Positions 31,688 through 41,125 of a stretch of DNA of 64,000 nt are shown here, piece by piece. The position numbers were made by a program, and so were the translations under genes. The first letter of the stretch is position 1. Each line of letters begins with the position of its first letter. The DNA comes from a virus: IMG/VR virus record IMGVR_UViG_3300034101_001322, positions 30,530 to 94,529 of that record. One strand, 5' to 3'. The notes beneath the pieces are model-generated. The model had not been told where the DNA came from, did not search any database, and saw only the letters and a program-made list of their open reading frames with translations.

Positions 31688-32267
31688 GTGGGGATTAGAA
31701 CTTCCACCTAAGACTATTTGTGCAATAGATGCAAGTACAAACAGTCTTGCTTTTGCATTATTTGATACTGAACAAAAAACATTGGGTGTAGTTGGAAAGA
31801 TAACCTTTGATGGTAACGACACATATCAGAAAGTTATGGATGCTGGGGCTAAGGTCAAAGCATTCTTTACTTACTATGGTGGTTTTGAAGCAATCATTAT
31901 TGAGCATACAGTTTTTATGAATAGTCCAAAAACTGCTGCAGATTTAGCACTTGTTCAAGGAGCAATTCTTGGTGCTGCAGGTCAGTCTGGAACAACAGTG
32001 ATAGGTAAAGTATCTCCAATAACCTGGCAAAATTTTATTGGAAATAAAAAAATATCAAAAGATGAGCAACTATTTATACGTTCTCAACACCCAAATAAAT
32101 CATTATCTTGGTATAAATCACATGAAAGAAACCTTAGAAAAGAAAGAACTATAAGGTTTATTAATACTATTTATGATAGATCAATTACTGATAATGATGT
32201 GGCTGACGCTTGTGGCATTGGTCATTGGGCACTAAGTAATTGGGACAAAGCAATAGGAAATGTTTAA
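31674..32267 (+). CDS. RuvC-like resolvase
   Basis: AIDAS, IIIEH, DNDVADACGIG. Confidence 0.85.
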   Translation: MSKNKWGLELPPKTICAIDASTNSLAFALFDTEQKTLGVVGKITFDGNDTYQKVMDAGAKVKAFFTYYGGFEAIIIEHTVFMNSPKTAADLALVQGAILGAAGQSGTTVIGKVSPITWQNFIGNKKISKDEQLFIRSQHPNKSLSWYKSHERNLRKERTIRFINTIYDRSITDNDVADACGIGHWALSNWDKAIGNV

Positions 32268-32440
32268 TGGACAGAGATACTTTTAGTTTTAAAGAAGAAG
32301 ATGAAAAAGTTATTTTAACAGTCAATACACTTGTGCCAACAAAATGGTTATTGGTTGATAGAGAAACGGGTCAAGTTTATCAGGGTAATCCACAAGGATA
32401 TTGGGATAAACTAAAAACAGTAGAAAGAGATAAGCAATAA
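32267..32440 (+). CDS. Hypothetical protein
   Basis: TAATG coupling at both ends. Confidence 0.55.
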   Translation: MDRDTFSFKEEDEKVILTVNTLVPTKWLLVDRETGQVYQGNPQGYWDKLKTVERDKQ

Positions 32441-33084
32441 TGCCAGAGTTAAATGCAAACATACCACCTATTGAATGCTATGTGCGTGGTAATTTTTTAA
32501 GAGATCAGTTAGATAGTCATGATCAATATTTTCCATGTGTAATCTTTGGAGTATCAAGTATTAAGGCAAGAAGCCCACTGTTTCATTTTATGATGGAAGA
32601 TGGTGGTATTTGGTGGCGTATGCCAATAAATGCCTTCTGTTCTAAGCCAGGAGTTCCAGAAGAACCAATTCATAATCTTGTTCTATGGAATTCTTTTAGT
32701 CCACATGTTTCTGTTACAAAGTTTCAAGCATTAAGCAATATGAGAATGTCCTACATTGACAGAAACAAAAATACTATTCCTGGAACATATCTTTTTACTT
32801 TAGATTGGCACAGCCCAGAAACAAATATACTGGACGACGGTTATTCTGAAAACCCAGGGCAGCATAAATGTGGGCATGTTATTCAAAGAGATGATGGAAA
32901 TTTTGCGGTACAGCCAAACAACAGAGTGAGAATTAAAGAGCCGTCATTTGTTACTAAGAAAGATCTAGTCATAAACAGGTTAATTAATACAAATAAGTGG
33001 GATGTTGAGAGTTACGACAAGTGGATACTTGAAGACTCCAATGCATATAATTATGATGTTATTGATACGGAAGTTGACAAATAA
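32440..33084 (+). CDS. Conserved phage protein of unknown function
   Basis: LNANIPP..CYVR, YLFTLDW, HKCGH, GNFAVQPNNR motifs recalled from phage hypothetical proteins. Confidence 0.6.
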   Translation: MPELNANIPPIECYVRGNFLRDQLDSHDQYFPCVIFGVSSIKARSPLFHFMMEDGGIWWRMPINAFCSKPGVPEEPIHNLVLWNSFSPHVSVTKFQALSNMRMSYIDRNKNTIPGTYLFTLDWHSPETNILDDGYSENPGQHKCGHVIQRDDGNFAVQPNNRVRIKEPSFVTKKDLVINRLINTNKWDVESYDKWILEDSNAYNYDVIDTEVDK

Positions 33085-33088
33085 CACT

Positions 33089-33244
33089 ATGACTGGTAAA
33101 CTATATACAAGTGAGGTTTGGCTACGAAAGCGGTATTTGATGGACAAGAAGAGTCCAGAAGATATTGCTAAAGAGTGTGGGGCAAGCGTAGAGACAATCT
33201 ATGTTTACCTTGCTAAATTTGGACTAAGGAAGTCAAGGCGATGA
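33089..33244 (+). CDS. Small HTH protein
   Basis: WLRKRY..KSPEDIAKECGASVETIYVYLAKFGL. Confidence 0.7.
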   Translation: MTGKLYTSEVWLRKRYLMDKKSPEDIAKECGASVETIYVYLAKFGLRKSRR

Positions 33245-33375
33245 ATAAATTACAAAAGGTTGTTGTTGCAGTTGGTATTGCTGGCGCAGTGGGTTTGACC
33301 TACGTAATTACAGCACTAAAGGGTATGCCTGAAGCATTTGATTGGGAAGATGACGAAGAGGAAAACTATGAGTGA
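33241..33375 (+). CDS. 44-aa single-TM membrane protein (not in ORF track)
   Basis: MNKLQKVVVAVGIAGAVGLTYVITALKGMPEAFDWEDDEEENYE; ATGA overlap; fills the gap exactly. Confidence 0.65.
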   Translation: MNKLQKVVVAVGIAGAVGLTYVITALKGMPEAFDWEDDEEENYE

Positions 33376-33610
33376 TAATCTAACTATTACGGTAGATCAG
33401 GTTAATCACCCACGCCATTACACTACAGATCCTTCTGGTGTTGAGTGCATAGAAATTACACGTCATCGTAACTTTAACATTGGCAATGCCTTTAAGTACC
33501 TATGGAGAGCAGGACTTAAAGATGAATCAAAAACTATTCAGGATCTAGAAAAGGCTATATTCTATATCAAAGATGAAATCAATAGACTAGAGGGCAAATA
33601 TGTCAACTGA
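33368..33610 (+). CDS. DUF3310 (SaV-like) protein
   Basis: VNHPRHY...IECI...GNAFKYLWRAGLK...DLEKA. Confidence 0.9.
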   Translation: MSDNLTITVDQVNHPRHYTTDPSGVECIEITRHRNFNIGNAFKYLWRAGLKDESKTIQDLEKAIFYIKDEINRLEGKYVN

Positions 33611-34136
33611 AGAAGATTTAGTCAAGCATCTTGATCAAATAAACAATGTTGTTGCAGAATACTTAAAGGGCAATGATCCAACTGTAATTTCTAAAGAGTT
33701 AGACATCCCAAGAGTTAGGGTTGTTACTTTAATCAATGAGTGGAAGGCAATGGCTTCTGACAATTCTGCTATTCGTGCTCGTGCTAAAGAAGCATTAGTT
33801 GGCGCTGACACACATTACACCAAGTTGATTTCTAAATCATATGAAGTTATTGATGAAGCATCTATGACCAATAATCTTAGTGCAAAGACTGCTGCAATTA
33901 AACTAGTTATGGACATTGAGTCAAAAAGAATTGATATGCTGCAGAAGGCTGGTCTTCTTGAAAATAAAGAACTTGCAGAAGAGATGGTTGAGATTGAGCG
34001 CAGACAAGAAGTTCTTGTTGGAATTCTTAGAGATATTGCATCTTCACATCCAGAAGTTAGAGATATTATTATGCATCGCCTTTCTGCGATTGCAAAAGAA
34101 GGCGAAGTGATTACAGTTGTCCACGACGTTCAATGA
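33600..34136 (+). CDS. Putative terminase small subunit
   Basis: N-terminal HTH-like segment, helical; overlaps the TerL start. Confidence 0.6.
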   Translation: MSTEEDLVKHLDQINNVVAEYLKGNDPTVISKELDIPRVRVVTLINEWKAMASDNSAIRARAKEALVGADTHYTKLISKSYEVIDEASMTNNLSAKTAAIKLVMDIESKRIDMLQKAGLLENKELAEEMVEIERRQEVLVGILRDIASSHPEVRDIIMHRLSAIAKEGEVITVVHDVQ

Positions 34137-35901
34137 GTTTTTTGAGGTTCTAAAAGAAAACCACTTTGTCGAAACACCAGTCGATGTAAAAACCTTTGTT
34201 CAATCGCCAGACTATCTGGGTCAACCACTTCTGTCTGATATTCAGTATGAGATAGTAGAGGCAATGAGCCAAATCTATCGTAAAGAAGACCTTATTGACT
34301 TGATGGGTGAGGCAGCAGGTGTAAACCACTTTACTAAATACACAAAGAATGAACTTATTTTGCAATTAGGCAAGGGTAGCGGTAAAGACTTTATCTCAAC
34401 AGTAGCATGTGCATACGTAGTCTATAAACTTCTATGCTTAAAAGATCCAGCAACATACTTTGGTAAGCCAGCAGGAGATGCTATTGATATTATTAACGTT
34501 GCAGTTAACGCTCAACAGGCTAAGAACGTTTTCTTTAAAGGTTTTAAAACAAAGATTGAAAGATCACCTTGGTTTGCTGGAAAGTATAATGCAAAAGCAG
34601 ACTCAGTTGAATTTGACAAGTCGATTACAGTTTATTCTGGTCACTCAGAACGTGAATCACATGAGGGTTTAAACCTTCTTATGGCAGTGCTTGATGAGAT
34701 TTCTGGTTTTGCAACAGAGGTTGGAACAGGTAATGAACAGGGTAAGACTGCTGACAATATCTATAAAGCCTTTCGTGGTACTGTAGACTCTCGTTTCCCT
34801 GACTTAGGTAAGGTTGTTTTGCTTTCATTCCCCCGTTATCAGGGTGACTTTATTTCTCAGCGGTATGAGTCAGTAATCGCTGACAAAGAAACAATTGAGC
34901 GTACACATACTTTTATTATGAACGAAGACTTGCCACACGATGATCCAAACAATCAGTTTCAAATCTCTTGGGATGAAGACACTATTCTGTCTTATAAGAT
35001 ACCAAGAGTCTATGCATTTAAAAGACCTACTTGGGAAGTAAATCCTACAAGAAAAATTGAAGACTTTAAATTAGCGTTCTACACAGACCTTGGTGATGCA
35101 ATGATGCGCTTTGCCTGCATGCCAACCTATGCATCAGATGCCTTCTTTAAGCAAAAAGATAAACTAGAAAAGTGTATGAATACTAGGAATCCTCTTGATT
35201 CCTTTAGAAGGTTTGATGAAACCTTTAAGCCAGACCCAGACAAGGTTTACTATATTCACGCTGACCTTGCACAAAAGCATGATAAGTGTGCAGTTGCAAT
35301 TGCTCACGTAGACAAGTGGGTAAACATTCAGGTAATTAAAGACTATGAACAGGTAGCGCCTATCGTAATCGTAGATGCAGTTGCCTGGTGGGAACCAAGA
35401 GCAGAAGGTCCTGTTAACTTATCAGAAGTCAAGCAGTGGATCATGAACTTGCGTAGACAAGGTTTTAATCTTGGCATGGTTACATTCGACCGCTGGCAAT
35501 CGTTTGATATCCAGAATGAACTACAGGCTGTTGGAATAAGAACTGAGACTGTTTCTGTTGCCAAAAAGCACTATGAAGATTTAGCAATGATGATTTATGA
35601 AGAGCGAGTTGCTATTCCTATGATTCCAATTCTGCTAGAAGAAATGTCAGAACTTAAGATTATGAAGGGTAATCGTGTAGATCACCCACGTAAAAAATCT
35701 AAGGACTTGGCAGATGCCGTTTGTGGGGCAGTCTTTGGAGCAATTTCACACACACAAAAGAATAATAATACTGAGATAGATGTCCATACTTGGAGTTCTG
35801 CAACTCGACTTGCACAGAAGCAAAGGGATATGGTAGAATTGGGTAATCGAGAAATTCCTAACGATGTTAAGGATTTCTTAGATAAATTCAATTTAATATA
35901 A
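34117..35901 (+). CDS. terL: Terminase large subunit
   Basis: GKGSGKD Walker A, VLDE Walker B, HADLA..D, FDRWQS, DHP...SKDLADA nuclease motifs. Confidence 0.92.
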   Translation: MSTTFNEFFEVLKENHFVETPVDVKTFVQSPDYLGQPLLSDIQYEIVEAMSQIYRKEDLIDLMGEAAGVNHFTKYTKNELILQLGKGSGKDFISTVACAYVVYKLLCLKDPATYFGKPAGDAIDIINVAVNAQQAKNVFFKGFKTKIERSPWFAGKYNAKADSVEFDKSITVYSGHSERESHEGLNLLMAVLDEISGFATEVGTGNEQGKTADNIYKAFRGTVDSRFPDLGKVVLLSFPRYQGDFISQRYESVIADKETIERTHTFIMNEDLPHDDPNNQFQISWDEDTILSYKIPRVYAFKRPTWEVNPTRKIEDFKLAFYTDLGDAMMRFACMPTYASDAFFKQKDKLEKCMNTRNPLDSFRRFDETFKPDPDKVYYIHADLAQKHDKCAVAIAHVDKWVNIQVIKDYEQVAPIVIVDAVAWWEPRAEGPVNLSEVKQWIMNLRRQGFNLGMVTFDRWQSFDIQNELQAVGIRTETVSVAKKHYEDLAMMIYEERVAIPMIPILLEEMSELKIMKGNRVDHPRKKSKDLADAVCGAVFGAISHTQKNNNTEIDVHTWSSATRLAQKQRDMVELGNREIPNDVKDFLDKFNLI

Positions 35902-35918
35902 AATAAACAAGGAGAAAA

Positions 35919-37619
35919 ATGAATTCATTTCAAAAAATTGCCCTAGGTCTTGCTGCAGCGATGTCCTTTGGCGTTCTATCCGCAATCCCGACGAATGCTG
36001 CCGTGATTGCACCTACTTTAACAATTGATTCTGCAACAGATACAATTGTGGCTGGAGAGACTGCAACTGCAGTAGTTACTCTGTCATTTATTTCAGAGAC
36101 AGCAGCAGATACAGCAACAGTGCTATCTGCAATGTTTTCTCAGCCAACGGGTTCAGCAAAGACTGCAACCCTAACAGTTCTTGAAACAACAACCGCTACA
36201 GTAGCAGTTGCTGCAGGAAATCTTTCTGCAGATGTAAACTCAACAGTAGGAACGCCAGGATATGTGACTGCAAAGTTCACAGTGTCATTGGTTGCACCAA
36301 CAGTTGCAGGTACATACGAAGCAAGAATCATTACAACTCGCCCAGCAACTGGTCCATCCGTTGCATGGACAGTTACAGTTAAGGCAGCGGATCTAACTCC
36401 TTCTGCTTCAACAACAACTTCAATCCTTAATGCTGGAGAGGTTACAACCGCAACAACAGATGCAGTTGTCTTTGCACCAAAGGCTACTTCAACAGATGCA
36501 GCAGCGGTAATCGTTGTTACACCTAAGAATGCAGCAGGCGGAGCAGCAACAGAGTCAATTCTTGCTACGATCTCAGGGTCTGGTCTTATTGGATTTGGCA
36601 CAAACGCTACAACAATGTCTGCTACAGGTCGTGCACTTGTAATTCCTAACGGAAATCACATTGGTGTATTTGCTGACGGTACAGCAGGAGTAGGAACAAT
36701 TACTCTTACAACTCCTTCAGGTACAGTACTTGCAACAGAGCAGGTAACATTCTATGGTGACATTGCTACAATCGTGGCAACTCCAGTTAAGTCTGTTATT
36801 GCAGTAGGGGCAAATACAACTACTGTAAAGGCAGTTGCTAAGGATGCTTCTGGCGTAACAGTTGGAGCAGGAACACTCTATGCTTATTCATCAGATGTAG
36901 CAGTTGTTAGCGATTCAGCAACAGCAGCAACAATCGTAAATGGTGAGGCAGTATTCACAATTACTGGTGTTAAGGCTGGTGGAGTTGCAATCACAGTTAA
37001 GAATGCAACAGGAACTATTGTTTCTACTCCAGTGGCTACTCGTGTAGAGGGAACTGCAGCAACAGTTAAGTTGGCTTTTGATAAGGCTGCATATCTCCCA
37101 GGAGAAGCAGCAACACTTAAGGTAACAGTACTCGATGCAGCAGGTCTTCCATTATCTGGTAAGACGCATGCTAATCTATTTGCAACAGGTGGAATCGCAT
37201 CTACTTATGCATTTGGTTCAGGCTCAGATGTTCTTACAGCAACATCAATCACAACTGATACAGAAACAGTAAAGTCATATAAGGTATTTATGCCTTTGAC
37301 AGAAACTGTTGTAACAGTATCAGCAACAGGTGGAACATCTCTTCCTCTTGCTGGTCAGGTTATTGTAACAGCAACTGCTAATGTATCTAACCCAGCATCT
37401 AAGGCTTCTGAAGAGGCTGCTGCTGCTGCTAAGGCAGCAACTGATGCAGCAATCGCTGCTTCAAAGGCTGCAGACGCTGCTACAGAGCAAGCAAAGGCTG
37501 CTGCAGATGCAGTTGCCAAGTTGTCTGCAGATGTTGCAACATTGATTGCAGCACTTAGAAAGCAGATTACAGCATTAACTAACTTGGTGATTAAGATCCA
37601 AAAGAAGGTTAAAGCATAA
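35919..37619 (+). CDS. Secreted Ala/Thr/Val-rich Ig-like surface protein with C-terminal basic coiled coil
   Basis: Signal peptide MNSFQKIALGLAAAMSFGVLSAIPTNA, repeated beta-sandwich-like segments, tail LIAALRKQITALTNLVIKIQKKVKA; own promoter, SD AAGGAG and terminator. Confidence 0.75.
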   Translation: MNSFQKIALGLAAAMSFGVLSAIPTNAAVIAPTLTIDSATDTIVAGETATAVVTLSFISETAADTATVLSAMFSQPTGSAKTATLTVLETTTATVAVAAGNLSADVNSTVGTPGYVTAKFTVSLVAPTVAGTYEARIITTRPATGPSVAWTVTVKAADLTPSASTTTSILNAGEVTTATTDAVVFAPKATSTDAAAVIVVTPKNAAGGAATESILATISGSGLIGFGTNATTMSATGRALVIPNGNHIGVFADGTAGVGTITLTTPSGTVLATEQVTFYGDIATIVATPVKSVIAVGANTTTVKAVAKDASGVTVGAGTLYAYSSDVAVVSDSATAATIVNGEAVFTITGVKAGGVAITVKNATGTIVSTPVATRVEGTAATVKLAFDKAAYLPGEAATLKVTVLDAAGLPLSGKTHANLFATGGIASTYAFGSGSDVLTATSITTDTETVKSYKVFMPLTETVVTVSATGGTSLPLAGQVIVTATANVSNPASKASEEAAAAAKAATDAAIAASKAADAATEQAKAAADAVAKLSADVATLIAALRKQITALTNLVIKIQKKVKA

Positions 37620-37634
37620 ACTAGTCCAACAATT

Positions 37635-37664
37635 AGGGGAGTCAGGAAACTGGCTCCCTTTTTT
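37635..37664 (+). terminator. Intrinsic terminator
   Basis: GGGAGTCAG-GAAA-CTGGCTCCC-TTTTTT. Confidence 0.85.
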
Positions 37665-37730
37665 GTTTTATAAAATGATATAATAAGATTATTAGTCATG
37701 CTCACCACTACGACTATATAAGGAGAAAAA

Positions 37731-40310
37731 ATTAAAAATATACTAATCAAATCAGGATTAGTGGGGCTGCTTTTAACTCTTTGGATGATACTTTCTCCTG
37801 CAGAATATGCCCATGCTGATGAGGCTACTGTTCAGGTTAGCCCAAACCCAACTCCAAGTTCAGATCCAGCACCAGTTATAGTTGTAACAATTGCTTCAGT
37901 AGAAGAAAAAATAACTACTGCAGAAACAACACTACAGCAGGCTGCTGAAACTCAATCAACAACTATTATAACTACAATCCAGGCTAATGTTCCTAATACG
38001 GATACTCAGGCTGCTACAACAATTGCCACCACACAAGAGCCTATGGCTACAGCAGTAGCAGAGGCAACAACAAAGGTGCAGGAAGCCACTGCTGCCATAC
38101 AATCAGCAGAAACAGCAGTTGCTATCGCAGAAACAGCAAAGGCTGCAGTTGAAACTCAAGTAACTGTGGTGGCTGAGGCTACAACTAATTTAAATAATGC
38201 ACAGACTGCATTAGATGCAGTAACAAATCAAGTAACATCACAAACCGTGGTTGTTGCAGCAGATACACAAGCAGTAAATACTGCTACAGTAGCAGTTACG
38301 GCTCAGACAGCAGTTGTATCTACAGAAACTGCAGAACTAACTGCTCTGCAAAATACCCCTTCTGGATCAACAACATACACAACTCAAGGCTATGTAGCCC
38401 CTGTTGCTCCAGAAACTATAACAACAACTACTACAATTCTTCCTCCTATGTGGGATGCATCTACTAAAATTGAAACTCCATTTGATATAAAAATGGGAAA
38501 CACATTATATGAAGGTCAAGGAACAAATAGTCAAATCTATGTAACTTCTAAGGCAACCATTACTTTTGGTACAGGAGATCATAATTGGTGGGATTTTCCA
38601 GTAGGACCAAATATATCTGTTTATGCCTCTGACTTTATGAGTGCAGGTCCTGAAGCAAGTATTACTGTAACAACTACTGAAACAACACTAGCAGTTGATT
38701 GGGATCTTCATAGGTTTGGTGATAATAATGGTCCTATTACAAACGTTAATTGGACAATGACTGTTAACCCTACAACTGGGGAATGGACAGGTGTTGGAAC
38801 AGTGGCTGGAAATACAACAAACTTATATAACGGACCTCGTATTGGTGTTCGTGAAGTAGCAGGTGAAGAAGTTAGACCAATGACAAATGTATCAAACTCA
38901 GAATTAACAACTCAAATTGCAGATCAAACTGTGGTAGTTGCTACAGAAACTGCTGAATTAAATACATTAATTACAGAAAAAACAGTTGCTCAAACAAATC
39001 TTACAACAAGTACTACGATTTTAAATACATTGCAAGAACAAAAGACAACCGCAGAAGAAGTTGTTGTTGATAAAACAGAGGTTAAGGCAGCGGAAGTTGC
39101 TACATTAAATCAACTTACAGAAACTGCTACAGTAACAGTTCAAACAGCAGATGCCCTGGCTAATACTGCAACAACAAAAGTTAATGAAGCAGTTACTGCA
39201 ATGACAAATGCTACTCAGGTTACAGTTAATCATTATGCAGAACAAAGAGCAGCCGCTCAAGCAGAATCACAAAGACAGGCAGAAGAAGCAGCGGCACAAG
39301 CAGAGCGTGATGCTCAAATAGCAGAAGCAAGAGCAGCAGCAGCCGAAGCAGCAGCCGCACAAGCAGAAGCAAGTAGAGTGGCAGCAGAGAAAGCAGCAGC
39401 AGATGCAGCAGCAGAAGCAAAGGCTGCAGAAGAAGCAGCCTCTAAAGCAGAAGCAGATCGTGTAGCAGCAGAAGCGGCTGCAGCACAAGCAGAAGCCGAA
39501 GCACAGAAGGCAGAAGAAGATAGAATTGCTGCAGAAGAAGCAGCGGCACAAGCAGAAGCAGAGGCTAAGGAACAACAAGAAGCAGAAGCCCAAGCAGAAG
39601 CAGAAAGATTAGAAGCGGAAGCAGAAGCAGCACGACAGGCTGAAGAGGATGCTAAGGCAGAAGCAGAGGCAAAAGAAGCAGACGCAGAGGCTGCTAGACA
39701 AGCAGAAGAAGATGCCAAAGCAGAAGCGGAAGCAAAAGAAAAAGAATTAGAAGCAGCCAAGGCTGAAGAAGAAAAGGCTCAAGAAAAAAAGGAAGAGTTA
39801 GAAGAAATAATTAAAGAAGCCAAAGAAGGAAAAGAACTAACAGAAGAACAAAAAGAAGTTGTAGTAGAGGCATTGGTAGCAAGTCTTAAACCTGGAGAAT
39901 CAATATCAGCAGCAGAAGTAAAGGTATCTGGAGTTTCATATTCAGATCTTCCACCAGCAACACCAGTAGATGTTCGTACTGATGAAAATGGAAATGCTGT
40001 TGTGATTACTGCAGAAGTTGCTGCTCAGGTTGAATTACTGCAGGACCCAGGAGCCTTGGTAGAAGAATTATTTACAAATCCAGCAGCAGCCTTGGCTGCA
40101 TTTGGAAGCATAGGCGCAGATATGTCAGATGAAGAAAGAGAAGAAGCAACAGATATGGTTGTTGCTACAGTTGTAGCAGCAGGTGCAGCAATTAATGCAG
40201 CAGCAGTTGCCACAGGAGGAGCCACAGGTGGTGGTACAGGTGGTGGAGGAAGTTCTGGTGGAGGCTCAGGAGCCAACTCACCAGGTTCGAGAGGAGGAAG
40301 AAAATGGTAA
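37731..40310 (+). CDS. Large exported stalk-like protein (Thr-rich coil, globular NIDO-like insert, TolA-like A/E repeats, C-terminal hydrophobic anchor); probable AUU start
   Basis: In-frame ATT 5 nt after AGGAG extends the track ORF (37761) by 10 codons and completes a signal peptide ending AHA; PFDIKMG..Y...IYVTSKATITFG; long AEAEA repeats. Confidence 0.65.
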   Translation: MKNILIKSGLVGLLLTLWMILSPAEYAHADEATVQVSPNPTPSSDPAPVIVVTIASVEEKITTAETTLQQAAETQSTTIITTIQANVPNTDTQAATTIATTQEPMATAVAEATTKVQEATAAIQSAETAVAIAETAKAAVETQVTVVAEATTNLNNAQTALDAVTNQVTSQTVVVAADTQAVNTATVAVTAQTAVVSTETAELTALQNTPSGSTTYTTQGYVAPVAPETITTTTTILPPMWDASTKIETPFDIKMGNTLYEGQGTNSQIYVTSKATITFGTGDHNWWDFPVGPNISVYASDFMSAGPEASITVTTTETTLAVDWDLHRFGDNNGPITNVNWTMTVNPTTGEWTGVGTVAGNTTNLYNGPRIGVREVAGEEVRPMTNVSNSELTTQIADQTVVVATETAELNTLITEKTVAQTNLTTSTTILNTLQEQKTTAEEVVVDKTEVKAAEVATLNQLTETATVTVQTADALANTATTKVNEAVTAMTNATQVTVNHYAEQRAAAQAESQRQAEEAAAQAERDAQIAEARAAAAEAAAAQAEASRVAAEKAAADAAAEAKAAEEAASKAEADRVAAEAAAAQAEAEAQKAEEDRIAAEEAAAQAEAEAKEQQEAEAQAEAERLEAEAEAARQAEEDAKAEAEAKEADAEAARQAEEDAKAEAEAKEKELEAAKAEEEKAQEKKEELEEIIKEAKEGKELTEEQKEVVVEALVASLKPGESISAAEVKVSGVSYSDLPPATPVDVRTDENGNAVVITAEVAAQVELLQDPGALVEELFTNPAAALAAFGSIGADMSDEEREEATDMVVATVVAAGAAINAAAVATGGATGGGTGGGGSSGGGSGANSPGSRGGRKW

Positions 40311-40483
40311 GAATAATAAAAAATATCTTAAAAGATTTGGTAGATCAGGCATGGACCCTTCTTGGAATGTTTATTGCCTGGGTAGTTTTAGACGGCAGTG
40401 CTAAAACAATCGTTGGCTATGGCATTATAGCCACAACTGGACTTTGGATTATTACTAGCCCTGCTAGAAATAAAGAAGAGTAG
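40304..40483 (+). CDS. 59-aa two-TM membrane protein (not in ORF track)
   Basis: MVRIIKNILKDLVDQAWTLLGMFIAWVVLDGSAKTIVGYGIIATTGLWIITSPARNKEE; SD GAGGAGG; overlaps the stop of the stalk gene. Confidence 0.75.
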   Translation: MVRIIKNILKDLVDQAWTLLGMFIAWVVLDGSAKTIVGYGIIATTGLWIITSPARNKEE

Positions 40484-40496
40484 TATAATGAGACAT

Positions 40497-40706
40497 ATGA
40501 AAAAGTTCGTAGCCATTGCGTCAGCCACAATCTTGTCGCTAATGCTTACATCTTGCGGAATGTTAGAAAATAGATATCGCTATGAGTGCCATGACCCTGC
40601 TAACTGGTATAATAAAGAGTGTAATCCACCAGTCTGTTTAGCAGATGGATTATGCACTAAAGACATACTTGGTTTTGATCCTACGGAGGGTAGCGTAAAT
40701 GAGTAA
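40497..40706 (+). CDS. Small Cys-rich lipoprotein
   Basis: MKK + hydrophobic stretch + lipobox LTSC; four further Cys; TATAAT 7 nt upstream (leaderless). Confidence 0.75.
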   Translation: MKKFVAIASATILSLMLTSCGMLENRYRYECHDPANWYNKECNPPVCLADGLCTKDILGFDPTEGSVNE

Positions 40707-41055
40707 AAAAAGATATACATCAGATGAATTAGATGCACGATTAAAGTTTTTTCTTGGCATGACATTAGGAACAATCCTTTTGTTTACAACTATGGGTATT
40801 TTGTATGCCCTTGTTTTTGTAACACAGCCAATTGGAGAGCAGTCAGAAAATGACAAGATGTTCTTTAATGTTTTGTCATCTGTAGCAACATTTATTACTG
40901 GCACACTTGCTGGTATTTTAATTGGTAAAAATAATAGTGGATCAGATGCTTCACAGCCTATGCAAACAAATGAATCTCAGTTTATTCAGTCATCTCAACC
41001 TGCACCTTCTGCGGTAGTTGATGAAATTGATGATCTTGAAGACTTTATAGATTAA
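40699..41055 (+). CDS. Two-TM membrane protein
   Basis: Two hydrophobic helices and an acidic tail; overlaps the lipoprotein gene. Confidence 0.7.
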   Translation: MSKKRYTSDELDARLKFFLGMTLGTILLFTTMGILYALVFVTQPIGEQSENDKMFFNVLSSVATFITGTLAGILIGKNNSGSDASQPMQTNESQFIQSSQPAPSAVVDEIDDLEDFID

Positions 41056-41067
41056 TATAAACCATTC

Positions 41068-41120
41068 TTGACAACCCCTCTAGGGCAATGCTATACTTAA
41101 GTATCGTATCTAGAGGGGTT
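41068..41120 (+). promoter_or_regulatory. Sigma70-type promoter straddled by an 11-bp inverted repeat
   Basis: TTGACA 41068, TG-C-TATACT 41089-41097; AACCCCTCTAG (41073-41083) / CTAGAGGGGTT (41110-41120). Confidence 0.7.
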
Positions 41121-41125
41121 TCTTC

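Noticed and set aside
22368-35901. Inteins or introns in DnaB, DnaE, RecA or TerL
   Set aside because: Lengths are ordinary, motifs are contiguous, and no splice-junction or LAGLIDADG motifs were seen
39226-39760. Antisense Ala/Ser-, Cys- and Leu-rich ORFs
   Set aside because: Shadows of the GCA/GAA repeat coding on the plus strand; the same applies to 36140..36601, 6532..6876 and 10792..11340
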